DNA from: a virus
IMG/VR virus record: IMGVR_UViG_3300032309_000931
Location: 1-64,000 of that record
Length of the DNA stretch: 64,000 bases
Strand: one strand, 5' to 3'
Below, one piece after another: positions 1 to 11,100 of this stretch. Both the position numbers and the translations under genes were made by a program. The stretch's first letter is position 1, and each line of letters opens with the position of its first letter. A model generated the notes under the pieces. It was not told where the DNA came from. It saw only the letters and a list, made by a program, of their open reading frames with translations, and did no database searches.

Positions 1-743
1 ACTGCCCCAGCCCCCTGACGAGCACCTAGCTGGTTAGCATAAGAGAATGAGTCTTCAAGAAGCTTCATTACTGGAATGACCCCTGAAGACTGGTTCTCAA
101 CCTTTTTGATTGGAGCACCTGCTTCACGAAGGTTTGTTAGGTTTAGTGCTACACCACCACCACGCTTTGAAAGCTGGAGTGAGGAGTTGATTGCACGAGC
201 AATCGATTCCATATTATCCTCAATACGGAGTAGGAAGCAAGAAACAAACTCTCCCCTTTGTTTCTTTGCAGCATTGAGAAATGTTGGTGTAGCAGGTTGA
301 AAGCGACCAGAGATTAGTTCATCAACTATATCAATCGCAAGTACTTTATTTCCGTTGGCAAGCATAAGGGCTGTAACAACTACACGATCTTCAAATCGTT
401 CTAGATAGCGTGAGCCATCGAATGTCTTGAGTGCATATGAGGTATAGAACTTGTATGCTCCAAGGAATGTTGGGAAGCGGAATCGCTTTGCGTATGCGTG
501 TTGAAACGCTGACTTAATAAAAGGGAAGTCGTAGAGATCTAAAACATCCTTGTCATAGTATTCGTGTTCAACTAAATAGTCCAGCTTCTCCTGAAGGCTG
601 TGGAAGAAGACAGTATTTTGGTTCACGTGGTCAAGGAAGTATGCCTTTGCAGCCTCCTTGTCTTTGTGAAACTGAATCTGACCATTCTCGTCATAGAGAT
701 TCAGCATTGCATTTAGTTCGTGGTAACTGTAGTTACTTGTCAT
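1..743 (-). CDS. nrdE: Ribonucleotide reductase class Ib alpha subunit (runs off window edge)
   Basis: Read by hand from ATG at 743: [25 protein letters not shown]...[11 protein letters not shown]...VSCFLL...SKRGGGVA...[10 protein letters not shown], typical NrdE motifs; follows nrdI. Confidence 0.95.
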   Translation of the reverse strand, partial: MTSNYSYHELNAMLNLYDENGQIQFHKDKEAAKAYFLDHVNQNTVFFHSLQEKLDYLVEHEYYDKDVLDLYDFPFIKSAFQHAYAKRFRFPTFLGAYKFYTSYALKTFDGSRYLERFEDRVVVTALMLANGNKVLAIDIVDELISGRFQPATPTFLNAAKKQRGEFVSCFLLRIEDNMESIARAINSSLQLSKRGGGVALNLTNLREAGAPIKKVENQSSGVIPVMKLLEDSFSYANQLGARQGAGA

Positions 744-1134
744 CTAGCATCGCCAGCCTTTCTTTTATAGTGTTTACATCGTGGTCTGTGCCGAATATCT
801 CTACCCTGCCTAATATGGGGACACCTGTTTTAGCTGCAATCATTTCTGCAGCTTTACAGTAGTCTTCCCCAAAGTTTGTGTTCCCAAGCCCTACAACGCC
901 TACTAGCTTGTCTCTGTTACTTGCTACATTAAGGAATGAGCGAACCTGCCTTGGAATAGCGTGGCTCTCGCTCCCACCGCCGTAGGTTGGAACAAATAGT
1001 ACATATCTATCTTGTATTATGATTGGATCATCTGGATCACTGATTGGAATCCTGACTGCTTTTAATTCTAGCTTTTCTACAAACCTTTTAGTGTTTCCAG
1101 AATAGTTAGAAAAATAAACAATGTCTAAACTCAT
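733..1134 (-). CDS. nrdI: NrdI flavodoxin
   Basis: [27 protein letters not shown] motifs; adjacent to nrdE. Confidence 0.95.
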   Translation of the reverse strand: MSLDIVYFSNYSGNTKRFVEKLELKAVRIPISDPDDPIIIQDRYVLFVPTYGGGSESHAIPRQVRSFLNVASNRDKLVGVVGLGNTNFGEDYCKAAEMIAAKTGVPILGRVEIFGTDHDVNTIKERLAMLDDK

Positions 1135-1143
1135 TGCTTGCTC

Positions 1144-2928
1144 CTAGATTGCTTTAAATTGGTCAAGATAGTCACGGACATCGTTTGGGATAGAGTTATA
1201 TTCTATCACACCTTTAGGACGATCCGCAAGTGCAGTCTTAGGTTTTTGCTTAAACGTATGAATCTCTACCTCAAGGTTAAGGTCTTTAGGTGTATGAGAG
1301 ATTGCACCAAAGATTGCACCACACACAGCATCTGCAAGGTCCTTAGATTTCTTGCGAGGGTGGTCAACCCTGTTGTTTCTCATAATCTTAAGCTCTGTTA
1401 ACTCTTCAAAAAGTAGATCAATTGATGGCATAGCGAGACGTTCTTCGTAGACTAACATTGCCATATCTTCATAGTGCTTCTTAGCAACAGAAACAGTTTC
1501 AGTTCTCATACCCACCTGCTTTAGCTCGTTCTGAATATCGAATGATTGCCAACGGTCAAATGAGACCATACCAATATTAAATCCTAGACGACGCAGGTTC
1601 TGAATCCACTGCTTGACTTCTGACAGGTTGACAGGACCTTCTACTTTTGGCTCCCACCACGCTACCGCATCTACTACAACTACTGGTGCTACCTGCTGGT
1701 AATCCTTGATTACCTGAATGTTTACCCACTTGTCTACGTGAGCAATGGCTACAGCACACTTGTCGTGGCGTTGTGCAAGGTCAGCGTGTACAAAGTAAAT
1801 CTTATCTGGGTCAGGAACGAAGGTCTCGTCAAATCGTCTGTTGCTGTCTAGTGGGTTACGAAGTGTCATTGCATTCTGGACTTTTTCAATCTGCTTAAAG
1901 AACGCATCTGAGCTATAGGTAGGCACACAGGCGAAACGCATCATAGCGTCTCCTAGGTCTGTGTAGAATGCCAGTTTAAAATCGTCAATCTTACGAGTGG
2001 GGTTTACTACCCACGTTGGTCTCTTGATTGCAAACATACCAGGATACTTATAGTTAATAATTGTGTCTTCATCCCACGAAATTTCTAGAGTGTTTCCGTC
2101 TGCATCTTCTGGCAGGTCTGGATTCATAATAAACTTGTGAGTCTTTGTAATAATTTCTTTGTCCATAATTACATCATCATAACGTTGTGAAATAAAGTCT
2201 CCAGGATAGCGAGGGAATGACAGTAGGGCTACCTTACCCAAGTCTGGGAAACGTGAATCTACAGAGGCACGGAAGGCTTTATAGATGTTGTCTGCGGTCT
2301 TGCCTTGTTCATTCCCAGTGTTTGTTTCTTGTGCAAAACCAGAGATCTCGTCAAGCACCGCTAGGATAAGGTTGAGACCCTCGTGTGATTCTCGCTCTGA
2401 GTGACCAGAATAAACAGTAATAGCATTATCAAACTCAATGCTATCTACCTTTGCGTAGAACTTGCCAGCGAACCAGGGGGAGCGTTCGATCTTAGACTTG
2501 AAACCTTTGAAGAAGACGTTCTTGGCTTGCTGTGCGTTAATAGCCACATTAATAATATCAATAGCGTCACCAGATGGCTTACCAAAGTATCTTGCTGGAT
2601 CTTTGAGGCATAGAAGTTTGTACACGATATATGCACACGCTACTGTAGATACGAAGTCTTTGCCACTACCCTTGCCAAGCTGAAGAATGACTTCGTTCTT
2701 AGTATATTTCTTGTAGTATCGTGTACCCTCTTCAGTACCCATAATGTCAATCAAGTCTTCAAGCTTATAGATCTGGCTCATAGCCTCTACAATGTCGTAC
2801 TGGATTTGTGATAGCGGTGGCTGTCCAAGATATGCCTCACCCTCAACAAAGGTTCTGGCATCTACTGGTGTCTCTTCAAAGTTGTTATCTTTTAGAACTT
2901 CAAAGAAATCATCAAACATCTCTGACAA
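1144..2928 (-). CDS. terL: Terminase large subunit
   Basis: Walker A GKGSGKD, Walker B LAVLDE, C-terminal RNase H-like nuclease (HADLA...DHP..SKDLADA). Confidence 0.88.
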   Translation of the reverse strand: MSEMFDDFFEVLKDNNFEETPVDARTFVEGEAYLGQPPLSQIQYDIVEAMSQIYKLEDLIDIMGTEEGTRYYKKYTKNEVILQLGKGSGKDFVSTVACAYIVYKLLCLKDPARYFGKPSGDAIDIINVAINAQQAKNVFFKGFKSKIERSPWFAGKFYAKVDSIEFDNAITVYSGHSERESHEGLNLILAVLDEISGFAQETNTGNEQGKTADNIYKAFRASVDSRFPDLGKVALLSFPRYPGDFISQRYDDVIMDKEIITKTHKFIMNPDLPEDADGNTLEISWDEDTIINYKYPGMFAIKRPTWVVNPTRKIDDFKLAFYTDLGDAMMRFACVPTYSSDAFFKQIEKVQNAMTLRNPLDSNRRFDETFVPDPDKIYFVHADLAQRHDKCAVAIAHVDKWVNIQVIKDYQQVAPVVVVDAVAWWEPKVEGPVNLSEVKQWIQNLRRLGFNIGMVSFDRWQSFDIQNELKQVGMRTETVSVAKKHYEDMAMLVYEERLAMPSIDLLFEELTELKIMRNNRVDHPRKKSKDLADAVCGAIFGAISHTPKDLNLEVEIHTFKQKPKTALADRPKGVIEYNSIPNDVRDYLDQFKAI

Positions 2929-3445
2929 CGGTAATCACCTCTTGGTTTTTTGAAACCTCAGAAAGTCTACGCATAATCTTGTCACGAACTTCTGGATGTT
3001 CTGCAGCAATATCTTTAAGAATGTCTTTAAGGATATCCTGTCTACGCTCAATCTCTAGCATCTCTTCTGCTAGTTCTTTGTTCTCAAGTAGACCAGCCTT
3101 CTGTAGCATATCAATACGCTTAGACTCAATGTCAAGAACTAGTTTGATACCTGCTGTTTTTGCACCTAAGTTTGAAATAGTTGTTGCTTCTTCAATAACT
3201 TCATATGCTTTGCTAATTAGTTTATTATAGTGAGTGTCTGCAGAGACAAGTGCTTCCTTAGCACGAGCACGAATCATTGCATTGTCTGCAGCCATAAGTT
3301 GCCACTCTTTAATGTGTGCAACAACTTTCTGACGTGGCAGAGACAGCTCTTTTGAAATTTGAGTTGGATCATTACCCTGTAGGTACTTCTCAACAACCTT
3401 GTTTACTTCGTCAAGGTGCTCTACTGTCAAGTCTTCAAACGACAC
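2912..3445 (-). CDS. HTH/coiled-coil protein, terminase small subunit candidate
   Basis: N-terminal HTH (PTQISKELSLPRQKV), helical remainder, overlaps terL start. Confidence 0.55.
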   Translation of the reverse strand: MSFEDLTVEHLDEVNKVVEKYLQGNDPTQISKELSLPRQKVVAHIKEWQLMAADNAMIRARAKEALVSADTHYNKLISKAYEVIEEATTISNLGAKTAGIKLVLDIESKRIDMLQKAGLLENKELAEEMLEIERRQDILKDILKDIAAEHPEVRDKIMRRLSEVSKNQEVITVVRDV

Positions 3446-3737
3446 TTGGCTTCGCCTTTCTTGGGCGACGCTTTGGGATACGCTTTACACGGTCAATAGC
3501 GAATGAGCGGTATGCCCCTGTTCGTCCTCGCCACATCTCAAAGCAATCAACCCAGACAGCACCATTCTTGGGGTTAGTTGTAATAGACTCGAACTTAAAT
3601 TTGGTTCCATACTCGCCAGTAACCTTAATCAAATCTCCACGCTCGATTGTGAAATTACCAAATGGCATTTCATAAATACGTTCATATGGATCTTTAGTCA
3701 CAGGACCATTATACTCTGTCTTACGAAGTCTAGCCAT
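3435..3737 (-). CDS. Hypothetical protein (SH3-like beta fold)
   Basis: ORF coupled to both neighbours. Confidence 0.6.
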   Translation of the reverse strand: MARLRKTEYNGPVTKDPYERIYEMPFGNFTIERGDLIKVTGEYGTKFKFESITTNPKNGAVWVDCFEMWRGRTGAYRSFAIDRVKRIPKRRPRKAKPSVV

Positions 3738-3973
3738 TAGAATTTCCCTTCAAGTCTTTTAATTTCATCCTGAATATAGAAGATAGCTTTTTCAAGATCT
3801 TGGATTGTCTTAGCTTGGTCTTTAAGTCCTGCCCTCCACAGATACTTAAATGCGTTGCCGACATTAAAGTTGCGGTGGCGTGTTATCTGGATGCATTCAA
3901 CTCCGCTTGGGTCTTGTGTATAGTGTGGTGGGTGGTTAACTTGGTCTACTGTAATTTTAAGGTTATCACTCAT
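3737..3973 (-). CDS. DUF3310/SaV-like protein
   Basis: VNHPPHY...ECI...GNAFKYLWRAGLK...DLEKAIFY signature. Confidence 0.85.
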   Translation of the reverse strand: MSDNLKITVDQVNHPPHYTQDPSGVECIQITRHRNFNVGNAFKYLWRAGLKDQAKTIQDLEKAIFYIQDEIKRLEGKF

Positions 3974-4125
3974 CGTTTACTCTTTCTTAGTCCGAACTTT
4001 GCAAGGTATACATAGATTGTTTCAACACTCGTTCCACACTCTTTAGCAATCTCCTCTGGAGTCTTGCGATCAATGTGATAGCGTTTGCGAAGCCAAGCTT
4101 CTGATTGATATAGTTTAGCACCCAT
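3970..4125 (-). CDS. Small HTH DNA-binding protein (51 aa)
   Basis: MGAKLYQSEAWLRKRY..KTPEEIAKECGTSVETIYVYLAKFGL; ATG at 4125 preferred to the longer ORF that overlaps the resolvase. Confidence 0.75.
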   Translation of the reverse strand: MGAKLYQSEAWLRKRYHIDRKTPEEIAKECGTSVETIYVYLAKFGLRKSKR

Positions 4126-4129
4126 AAAC

Positions 4130-4705
4130 CTATTTGTCAACCTTCTCCCAATTATTAATAGCCCAGTGACCAATTCCGATAGCGTCTGCCACGTCATTAT
4201 CACTAATAGACTTATTATAATACGTACTAACATAACGTATTGTTTTGTTTTTTCTGATTTCACGTTCTTGCCCCTTATACCAAGATTCAGACTTGCCTGG
4301 ATTATCTTTGCGAAGCTGCTGCTTTTCTACCGCAGATAATTTTGTATTACCAATAAATGATTGCCAAGTAATTGGGTTAACAGATCCACCTATCCTGATA
4401 CCGTTGATCTGTGCAGCACCTAGCATAGCTCCCTGAACTAGTGCTAAGTCTGCAGCAGTCTTTGGACTATTGATAAATACTGTATGCTCAATAACTATGG
4501 AATCAATATTAAATTTTTTAAAAAATGCTACACACTTTCTTGCAGCATCTCCAACTTTTTCATATGCATTACGACCAACAAAGTTAATTTTGCCAAATCT
4601 AATAAGTGACTTGTCTTCAAAAATAGCAAAAGCCAAACTGTTGGTGCTTGCATCTATAGAACAAATAGTTTTAGGGGCTGTGTTAATCAAGCTCAATTTT
4701 ACCAT
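4130..4705 (-). CDS. RuvC-like Holliday junction resolvase
   Basis: SIDASTNSLAFAIF, IVIEH, DNDVADAIGI acidic motifs. Confidence 0.8.
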   Translation of the reverse strand: MVKLSLINTAPKTICSIDASTNSLAFAIFEDKSLIRFGKINFVGRNAYEKVGDAARKCVAFFKKFNIDSIVIEHTVFINSPKTAADLALVQGAMLGAAQINGIRIGGSVNPITWQSFIGNTKLSAVEKQQLRKDNPGKSESWYKGQEREIRKNKTIRYVSTYYNKSISDNDVADAIGIGHWAINNWEKVDK

Positions 4706-4976
4706 CAGCAATCCCCTTCAACTCTTTTAAAATTTTATTTACTTCGGATGGGTTTATATCGCATCCAGAACAAGTCTGTTCATCGTTATAGATAGATAGT
4801 GTAGACCCACAGTTTTTACATTTTCTGTTCTTGCGAGATGCCTTCTGTAATCTATTTCTTGCATAACGCTCAGCTATCTTTTCTCTAGTAGCTAGTTCCC
4901 TACATTCAGGGGAGCAGTATATCTGATAAGATACATTTGGTTTAAACTGATTATCACACCATTGACAATGCTTCAT
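4683..4976 (-). CDS. Cys-rich zinc-finger protein
   Basis: CxxC...YCSPEC...CxxC...CxxC. Confidence 0.7.
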   Translation of the reverse strand: MKHCQWCDNQFKPNVSYQIYCSPECRELATREKIAERYARNRLQKASRKNRKCKNCGSTLSIYNDEQTCSGCDINPSEVNKILKELKGIADGKIELD

Positions 4977-5757
4977 CTATTTGCTCCAGTGACTTAATTT
5001 GTATTGTCCCTGGACCAGCAATATCGCAAGTTGCCCTAACTGGACACGTCTTGCAAATTTTTGAGTTGGATCGATAGTTCTTAGTAGGAAGAGTTTTATT
5101 CTCCCAAGCACTACGAACTTGTCGCATCCAATCAAATGCGGAGTCTACCCACCCCTTAAGGTAATCGTTCAGGACTACTGGGAGTACAAGCAACTCGTGG
5201 TTATTCTTGTTCTCATAGATTAGTACTGCACGTTCCCTTCCAAGAATCTTCATATAGATAAGCAACTGTACAAGGTGACCAAGTTTTGGCTTCCCTGCGG
5301 CTTTACGATATTCAAATCCTTCATTTGGCATTGTTTTAATTTCGCCAAGCAAGTCTTCTCCACCCCATTTAAGAATTACGTCACCGTAACCAAAGATGGG
5401 TGGATCCTGACTTGTAATTTTAAATTCAGAGTCAACTAGGAGGTCTGGCACGTTTGCCATAGCTTGCTGGATACGTTCGTGTGACTTAGTTCCAGCAGTC
5501 ATATTGGCTCCACCATATGCATCTGCATTATCTGTAAATGTTGCACCCTCAAAAGCAATGTACCAGTAACGAGGACACTCTCCGTGGGAGAATGCAATTG
5601 TACTGGGGGCAAAGGTCTTCTTTTGCTGGTGCTTATCAACACGGTTAATAATATATCCGTGCTGAATCTTTTTGATTAGCTCGTCAGTGTCTAAGAACGA
5701 TGTCTTCTTGTCATTAGCACCCTTGAGCATAACCTGGTTTAGTAAATTTTTTGCCAT
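4954..5757 (-). CDS. Cas4-like PD-(D/E)xK exonuclease
   Basis: GECPR, GYGD...EIKT, QLLIY, C-terminal CxxC..C Fe-S ligands; start moved to MAKNLL. Confidence 0.8.
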   Translation of the reverse strand: MAKNLLNQVMLKGANDKKTSFLDTDELIKKIQHGYIINRVDKHQQKKTFAPSTIAFSHGECPRYWYIAFEGATFTDNADAYGGANMTAGTKSHERIQQAMANVPDLLVDSEFKITSQDPPIFGYGDVILKWGGEDLLGEIKTMPNEGFEYRKAAGKPKLGHLVQLLIYMKILGRERAVLIYENKNNHELLVLPVVLNDYLKGWVDSAFDWMRQVRSAWENKTLPTKNYRSNSKICKTCPVRATCDIAGPGTIQIKSLEQIDEALSMV

Positions 5758-5764
5758 AATGTTT

Positions 5765-6079
5765 TTAACGAGTAATATATTTAAGTGCAGCAACTAGCTC
5801 ATTGATTGAACTAGCGGCTGTAAAATAAATATTTTTCTTCGCCCTATCTCCCTTATCTACGTTTGCCATCCAAGTAGCCTTGAATGACATCTTAGCAGCA
5901 ATGGCTTGCAACCGAACAATTTCAATAGAGGCTACCTGTGCAGGAATCTCTGGCTTAAAAATGATCTTTGCAATAAACGTAAGAGCTTCGGTAAGCTCTT
6001 CATCGTTCATAAAATCAGCGATCTCACTGAGACCATTGACTCGTTCTAATGTTGTCTTTGTTTCTTCCATTGTTTCCAA
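5765..6079 (-). CDS. Hypothetical helical protein
   Basis: ORF preceded by TATAAT and AAGGA. Confidence 0.65.
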   Translation of the reverse strand: METMEETKTTLERVNGLSEIADFMNDEELTEALTFIAKIIFKPEIPAQVASIEIVRLQAIAAKMSFKATWMANVDKGDRAKKNIYFTAASSINELVAALKYITR

Positions 6080-6103
6080 CTTCTACTATCCTTCTATTAT
6101 ACA

Positions 6104-6391
6104 CTACTCAGATGGTTCAGTCAATTGTTCTAAGATACCCAGCTCAATGACTGCTAGTCTTACTTTAGAATTACCCTCGCCAAGTACAATAATAATTGCT
6201 GGGTCTTTGTTACCACGAATTGCGTCAGTCGTAGCTTTAGCCCAAACTTCCTTATTGATAGTAAATGATTTCGATACCTCTTTAAAGTCAACAACAAACT
6301 GTCCCCAAGTAGCATCACCTTTGGTCGTATTACGTCCAGAATTTTTGTGTTGTTTTGCACCAATTCTCTTACTCTCGTTCTTCTCGCTCAT
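6104..6391 (-). CDS. PD-(D/E)xK endonuclease, Hjc-like resolvase candidate
   Basis: NSGR..KGDA...VDFKE motif; start MSEKNE. Confidence 0.6.
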   Translation of the reverse strand: MSEKNESKRIGAKQHKNSGRNTTKGDATWGQFVVDFKEVSKSFTINKEVWAKATTDAIRGNKDPAIIIVLGEGNSKVRLAVIELGILEQLTEPSE

Positions 6392-6557
6392 ACTGCTCCT
6401 TACGTTTTTTAGTATTGAGATCAACCTTGCTCAAGTGTCCATCTGGGCATAGCCAGGTAAGCTCTTTTAGTGTCCAGTACCACCTAATTGATTGCACCTG
6501 TGTTTTGCAAGTATGACAACTAAATGCACCCTTATACACATCGTACTTAGCTGCCAT
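6369..6557 (-). CDS. Small zinc-ribbon protein
   Basis: CHTC...CPDGH. Confidence 0.6.
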   Translation of the reverse strand: MAAKYDVYKGAFSCHTCKTQVQSIRWYWTLKELTWLCPDGHLSKVDLNTKKRKEQYEREERE

Positions 6558-7557
6558 TTAGCTGATCCTCAATAGACTTTCTAAACTCGTCGTTTTCTTT
6601 GACATAGTTAATAAAGGCTTCTCTACCCTGAACCTTCTTATCCTCAGAGACAATGTACCAAGCACCTGTACGAGATACTATACCTGCCATCTCAGCGGTG
6701 TCCACAAGGTCTCCAATAGCATCAATTCCAACATTAGCACCACGGAAGTAGAAGTCGTATTCACCGCTCTGAAAGCCTGGAGAGGTCTTAGAGAACTGTA
6801 ATTCCCACTTGACCTTACGACCAATCTTTTCTTCAATGAGTTTGTCTCCTACTGGAATCTTGCCCTTGATAGCCTGATTGTCAGACTCAGACGAGAACAA
6901 CTTGATAACAGTTGAGGAGTAAAACTTAGTAGCCTGTCCACCTGTTGGCTGTTGCTGAGTATACATTGCAGAGATGTTGTTGCGTGACTGTGAGATCAGG
7001 ACAAATAATGTTGGCTTGACTTTGTTGTTAGCATAGTTAATCATCTTCCAAGCGTTACTAAAGTCACGAGACTCTGCACCAATTTGCTTGGTGTTTTCAA
7101 GCTGCTTAAGTTCATCAGAATCCTTCTCAAAATAGATGGCAGGTAGTAGTGATGTAATAGAATCAACCACAACCATATCTACTCCTGCATTGATTAGTGC
7201 TGTGCCTACATCTACCATCTCATTAATAGTACGAGCCTGTGAGACAATGAGGTTTTCTGTGTCTACCCCAAGCTTCTTAGCCCAAGCTTCATCATACGAC
7301 ATCTCAGCATCAATCCACGCACAAAGCTTTCCCTCTGCTTGTGCAAGACCAACCATCTGAAGACAAAGAGAAGACTTCGCACTTGACTTTGACCCCCAGA
7401 TAAGAATCTGACGACCATATGGAAGTCCACCACCCAAAGCACGATTTAGACCGTAGCTAGGGGTAGGCTGGAATTCAGTTTTAAATCCTGCACCGTTAGA
7501 TAGACGCTTGCGGATGCGTGGGTCTAGCTGTGCTAGTGCTTCTTCCATAGTTGTCAT
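6547..7557 (-). CDS. recA: RecA/UvsX-like recombinase
   Basis: LNRALGGGLPYGR, GSKSSAKS P-loop variant, WIDAE, VVVDSI, GAWY. Confidence 0.9.
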   Translation of the reverse strand: MTTMEEALAQLDPRIRKRLSNGAGFKTEFQPTPSYGLNRALGGGLPYGRQILIWGSKSSAKSSLCLQMVGLAQAEGKLCAWIDAEMSYDEAWAKKLGVDTENLIVSQARTINEMVDVGTALINAGVDMVVVDSITSLLPAIYFEKDSDELKQLENTKQIGAESRDFSNAWKMINYANNKVKPTLFVLISQSRNNISAMYTQQQPTGGQATKFYSSTVIKLFSSESDNQAIKGKIPVGDKLIEEKIGRKVKWELQFSKTSPGFQSGEYDFYFRGANVGIDAIGDLVDTAEMAGIVSRTGAWYIVSEDKKVQGREAFINYVKENDEFRKSIEDQLNGS

Positions 7558-7781
7558 TAGATAGCCAACTTGTCTAGCTTTTCTGGAATGTATCCAGACC
7601 AACTATCGTTATCTGTAATCACTACAGGTGCTGATCGATATCCCAAACTAATCAATCTATCAAGTGCCGTGACATCGTTTGTAATGTCAACAAGGTCATA
7701 CGATACATCGATCTTATCTAAGTGACGCTTGGTAGCCTCACACTGTACGCAATTTGCTTTTGTAAATACTGTTACTGCCAT
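7557..7781 (-). CDS. nrdH: NrdH-like glutaredoxin
   Basis: CVQC active site, APVV, WSGY. Confidence 0.9.
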   Translation of the reverse strand: MAVTVFTKANCVQCEATKRHLDKIDVSYDLVDITNDVTALDRLISLGYRSAPVVITDNDSWSGYIPEKLDKLAI

Positions 7782-8116
7782 TAGAATTTTACTCCGTGTT
7801 TCTGTGGTCGTGACTTATTGAAAGCCGTCTTTTTTTCAAATGCCTCGTCTAGCGAGATGTGTGTGTATTCGTGCTCTACAAGCCCAGCGTAGAGATCAAG
7901 TGTGCGGATGATAATGTCTGCCATCTCGTCTGCTACTTCTTCTGGACCCTTTGATTTACGAATAGCCTCCATAACCTCAACTGCTTCTGACACAATCATC
8001 ATTAGCTGTTTAGCCATAAAGATATCCTTCTGCTCCTGTGATGCATCTTTAATTACATCCCAGAAACCTTTCTCTACTGCAATCTCGTGCAGGTGCTTTG
8101 TTACTTCATCAAACAT
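7781..8116 (-). CDS. MazG-like NTP pyrophosphohydrolase
   Basis: SEAVEVMEAIRK...EMADIIIR motif. Confidence 0.8.
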   Translation of the reverse strand: MFDEVTKHLHEIAVEKGFWDVIKDASQEQKDIFMAKQLMMIVSEAVEVMEAIRKSKGPEEVADEMADIIIRTLDLYAGLVEHEYTHISLDEAFEKKTAFNKSRPQKHGVKF

Positions 8117-11100
8117 CGAATACATCCTCCATAATTGTTGTTCCGTCTTTTGTCTTACCAAAAGAGAATTTATATACGTTGCCTTCCCTAATCTTCATAT
8201 ATGCCTTGGCAAATGTAGTTGGGAAGATTGTGATTGAGTGCAGATCTCGTGAAGAGTCTGCCACTACCATTGATGCCATTTTCTTACCAGCTTTAGTAAT
8301 ACGTGGTCTGAATGACACAACCATCATCTGGTCGTCTGTATATGGTAGCATACGGTAATTAAGAATCTTTACAAGACCTGAATCATTACCCTTGATTTCA
8401 TCTGCAGGGATTGCCGTAACAATACGATTATCACTTGCAAGAATAAGATAGGTACGTCCTGCTTCAACCTTAGATTGTTCTTCATCAAAGATACCGATGG
8501 CACCTGTCTTGTCTAGTATCTCTACTCTTGACCAGCCCTTGCCTCGCTTGATGCCCTTGACAATTCCCATAAGAATAAACGAACCCTTTTCCTCGTACTC
8601 TTCAACGTCATTGATAAATGCGTGATAGTGCTGTGGAATTGTTGTGTTGAACTCTGGTAGGTTTAGGTACTCATACAAGTTCTCACGAATCTCTTGGTCG
8701 TTACGAGGCTGGTCTGGGAACGTTGCAGCACCAATCAGACGTAGTGCTGACAATGCACGAGAATTAACTCCGTTGCCCTTACCAAACGAGAACTCTTCAA
8801 GTTCTTTGTATGAGTTGAATGGTCGTGCAGCAATGTACTTCTCAGCAATGTTATCACTAATAAACTTAATACCACTGAGACCGAATCGAATACCCTTGCC
8901 CTCAATCTTGAAGTCAGCATCTGAATCGTTGACGTGTGGTAACTTGATTGGGATACCCATACGCTTTGCTTCGATAAGATACTCTGTACGAGCATCCTTG
9001 TCCTTCTCGTTCTTAAGAAGTGCAAACATAAACTCGATTGGGTAGTAGTACTTGAGCCAAGCAGTCCAGTAGGACAGTGTTGAGTATGCTACAGCGTGGG
9101 ACTTATTGAATGAGTACCCAGCGTGAGCCTCAAAGTCGTGCCACAGTTCTTCTGCCACTTCTGGACGAACGTGCTGAGAAGCACCCTTAACGAATCGCTC
9201 TTTGAACACATCAAACTCACGAGCGTCTTTCTTCTTACCAATGATCTTACGAACCTTGTCAGCTTCTGCCATTGACATACCGCCAAGTTCTGTACACGCA
9301 AGCATAACCTGCTCCTGGTACAAGACACAGCCGTATGTTTCATTCGTAAATGTCTTCATCTTTTCGTGCAAGAATGTAATGCGTTGTTTGCCGTGCTTGC
9401 GAGCAATGTAGTCCTTACCAATGGTGTTCATAGCACCTGGACGGACGAGAGCATTAGAAGCAGCAAGCTCTGCAAAGTTCTTGACACCCATCTTCACCAG
9501 AAGGTTGGTATATGGTGTGGCTTCACACTGGAACACACCCTTAGTGAATCCATCGGACAGCATAGCATAAACATTCTTATCTTCCATATCAATCTTAAGA
9601 AGATCAATGTCTTTGCCTTCACGATCCTTGATGATTGCAAGCGTGTCCTGAAGAACAGATAGTGTCTTGAGACCAAGAGCATCAATCTTAATAAGACCAA
9701 TACGTTCTGCCTCTGTCATATCTACCGCAACAACAGGGATACGCTCTTTAGTTCCTGGTGCTGTGCGTGTCTCCATTGGAGCAAACTTAAAGATAGGCTC
9801 CTTAGATGTAACGACACCTGCAGCGTGAATACCAGTACCACGGATACGACCACGGAGCTGTTCTCCATATTTTTCAATCTCTGGATACTTCTCACGGAAT
9901 TCTGCTGTGGATGATGAAGAGCAATAGTCTTCCCACGTATCAACAAGCTTCATAACCTTATTAACGTCAGGAAGTGGGATATTGAGTACACGAGCAATGT
10001 CTCGCACAACACCCTTATCCTTGAACTGCAAGAACGTAGCAATAGAGGCAACGTGACGGTACTGGCGTACAAGGTAGTCCTTGACTTCTTCACGTCGTGT
10101 ATCCTGAATATCTGTATCAATATCTGGGAAGTCATTACGCTCTGGGTTAATAAATCGGAAGAACAGTAGACCGTGTACGATAGGGTCAATGTCTGTGATA
10201 CCAAGTGAATAACAGAGTAGCGAACCAGCAGACGAACCACGTCCTGGTCCGACCATAATGCCTTCCTTCTTAGCCCAAGCAATCATAGAGCGTACAACGA
10301 GGAAGTATGGACCAAAGTTTTTAGCCTTAATGATCTCTAGCTCTTCGTTGAGGCGGTCAATATATTCCTGGTTCTGGTCTAGCCCCTTAGCCTTTAAGCC
10401 CTCCAGAGCGAGGCTGAGGAGCTCTCCGTCTGGGTCCTGGTACTGTACAGGGAGCAAATCACGATAGTCTTGAATGTCGTAATCCTCAATCTTGTTTACG
10501 ATTTCAATAGTTGCTTCATACATATCCTCACGGTCAATACCCTGAGCTTTCATAGCATTGTGCATCTCTTCATCGGAGAGCAGGTGGATATCAAACTTGT
10601 TAAACGACATTTGACGGTCTTCACCATAAAGGTAGTCCAGCTTGTCCATAAGGTTGTCATACTTCTTTGTACCGTTGTATGTTGCATCTCCAACAGTCTT
10701 GTTTGAGTATGAGTTAAGGATTAGTTTAAGTTCCTGGATTTCTTTCTGACTGGTATCAGAGTGGTGGCAGTCTGGTGTAACGACAGGCTTGATGCCAAAC
10801 TCGTCTGCAAACTCCAAAAGCATTTTATTGACTTCTGCAGGGTTGTGTGGCATTACCTCAATGTAGTAGTCGTCACCGAATGTTTCCTTACACCACTTAA
10901 TGTGTTCTTTGGCATAGGCTAGGTTGTCTGATTCAATTGCCTTAGCCAGTACCCCAGACAAACAGCCAGAGGTAATAATAAGACCTTCTTTATACTGTTC
11001 AAGGATCTTCCAGTCGATGCGAGGCTTCTTGTAGAACCCCTCTGTCCAAGCAAGCTCATTAAGCTTGTTAAGGTTCTCAAGACCTTTTGTATTCTTTGCA

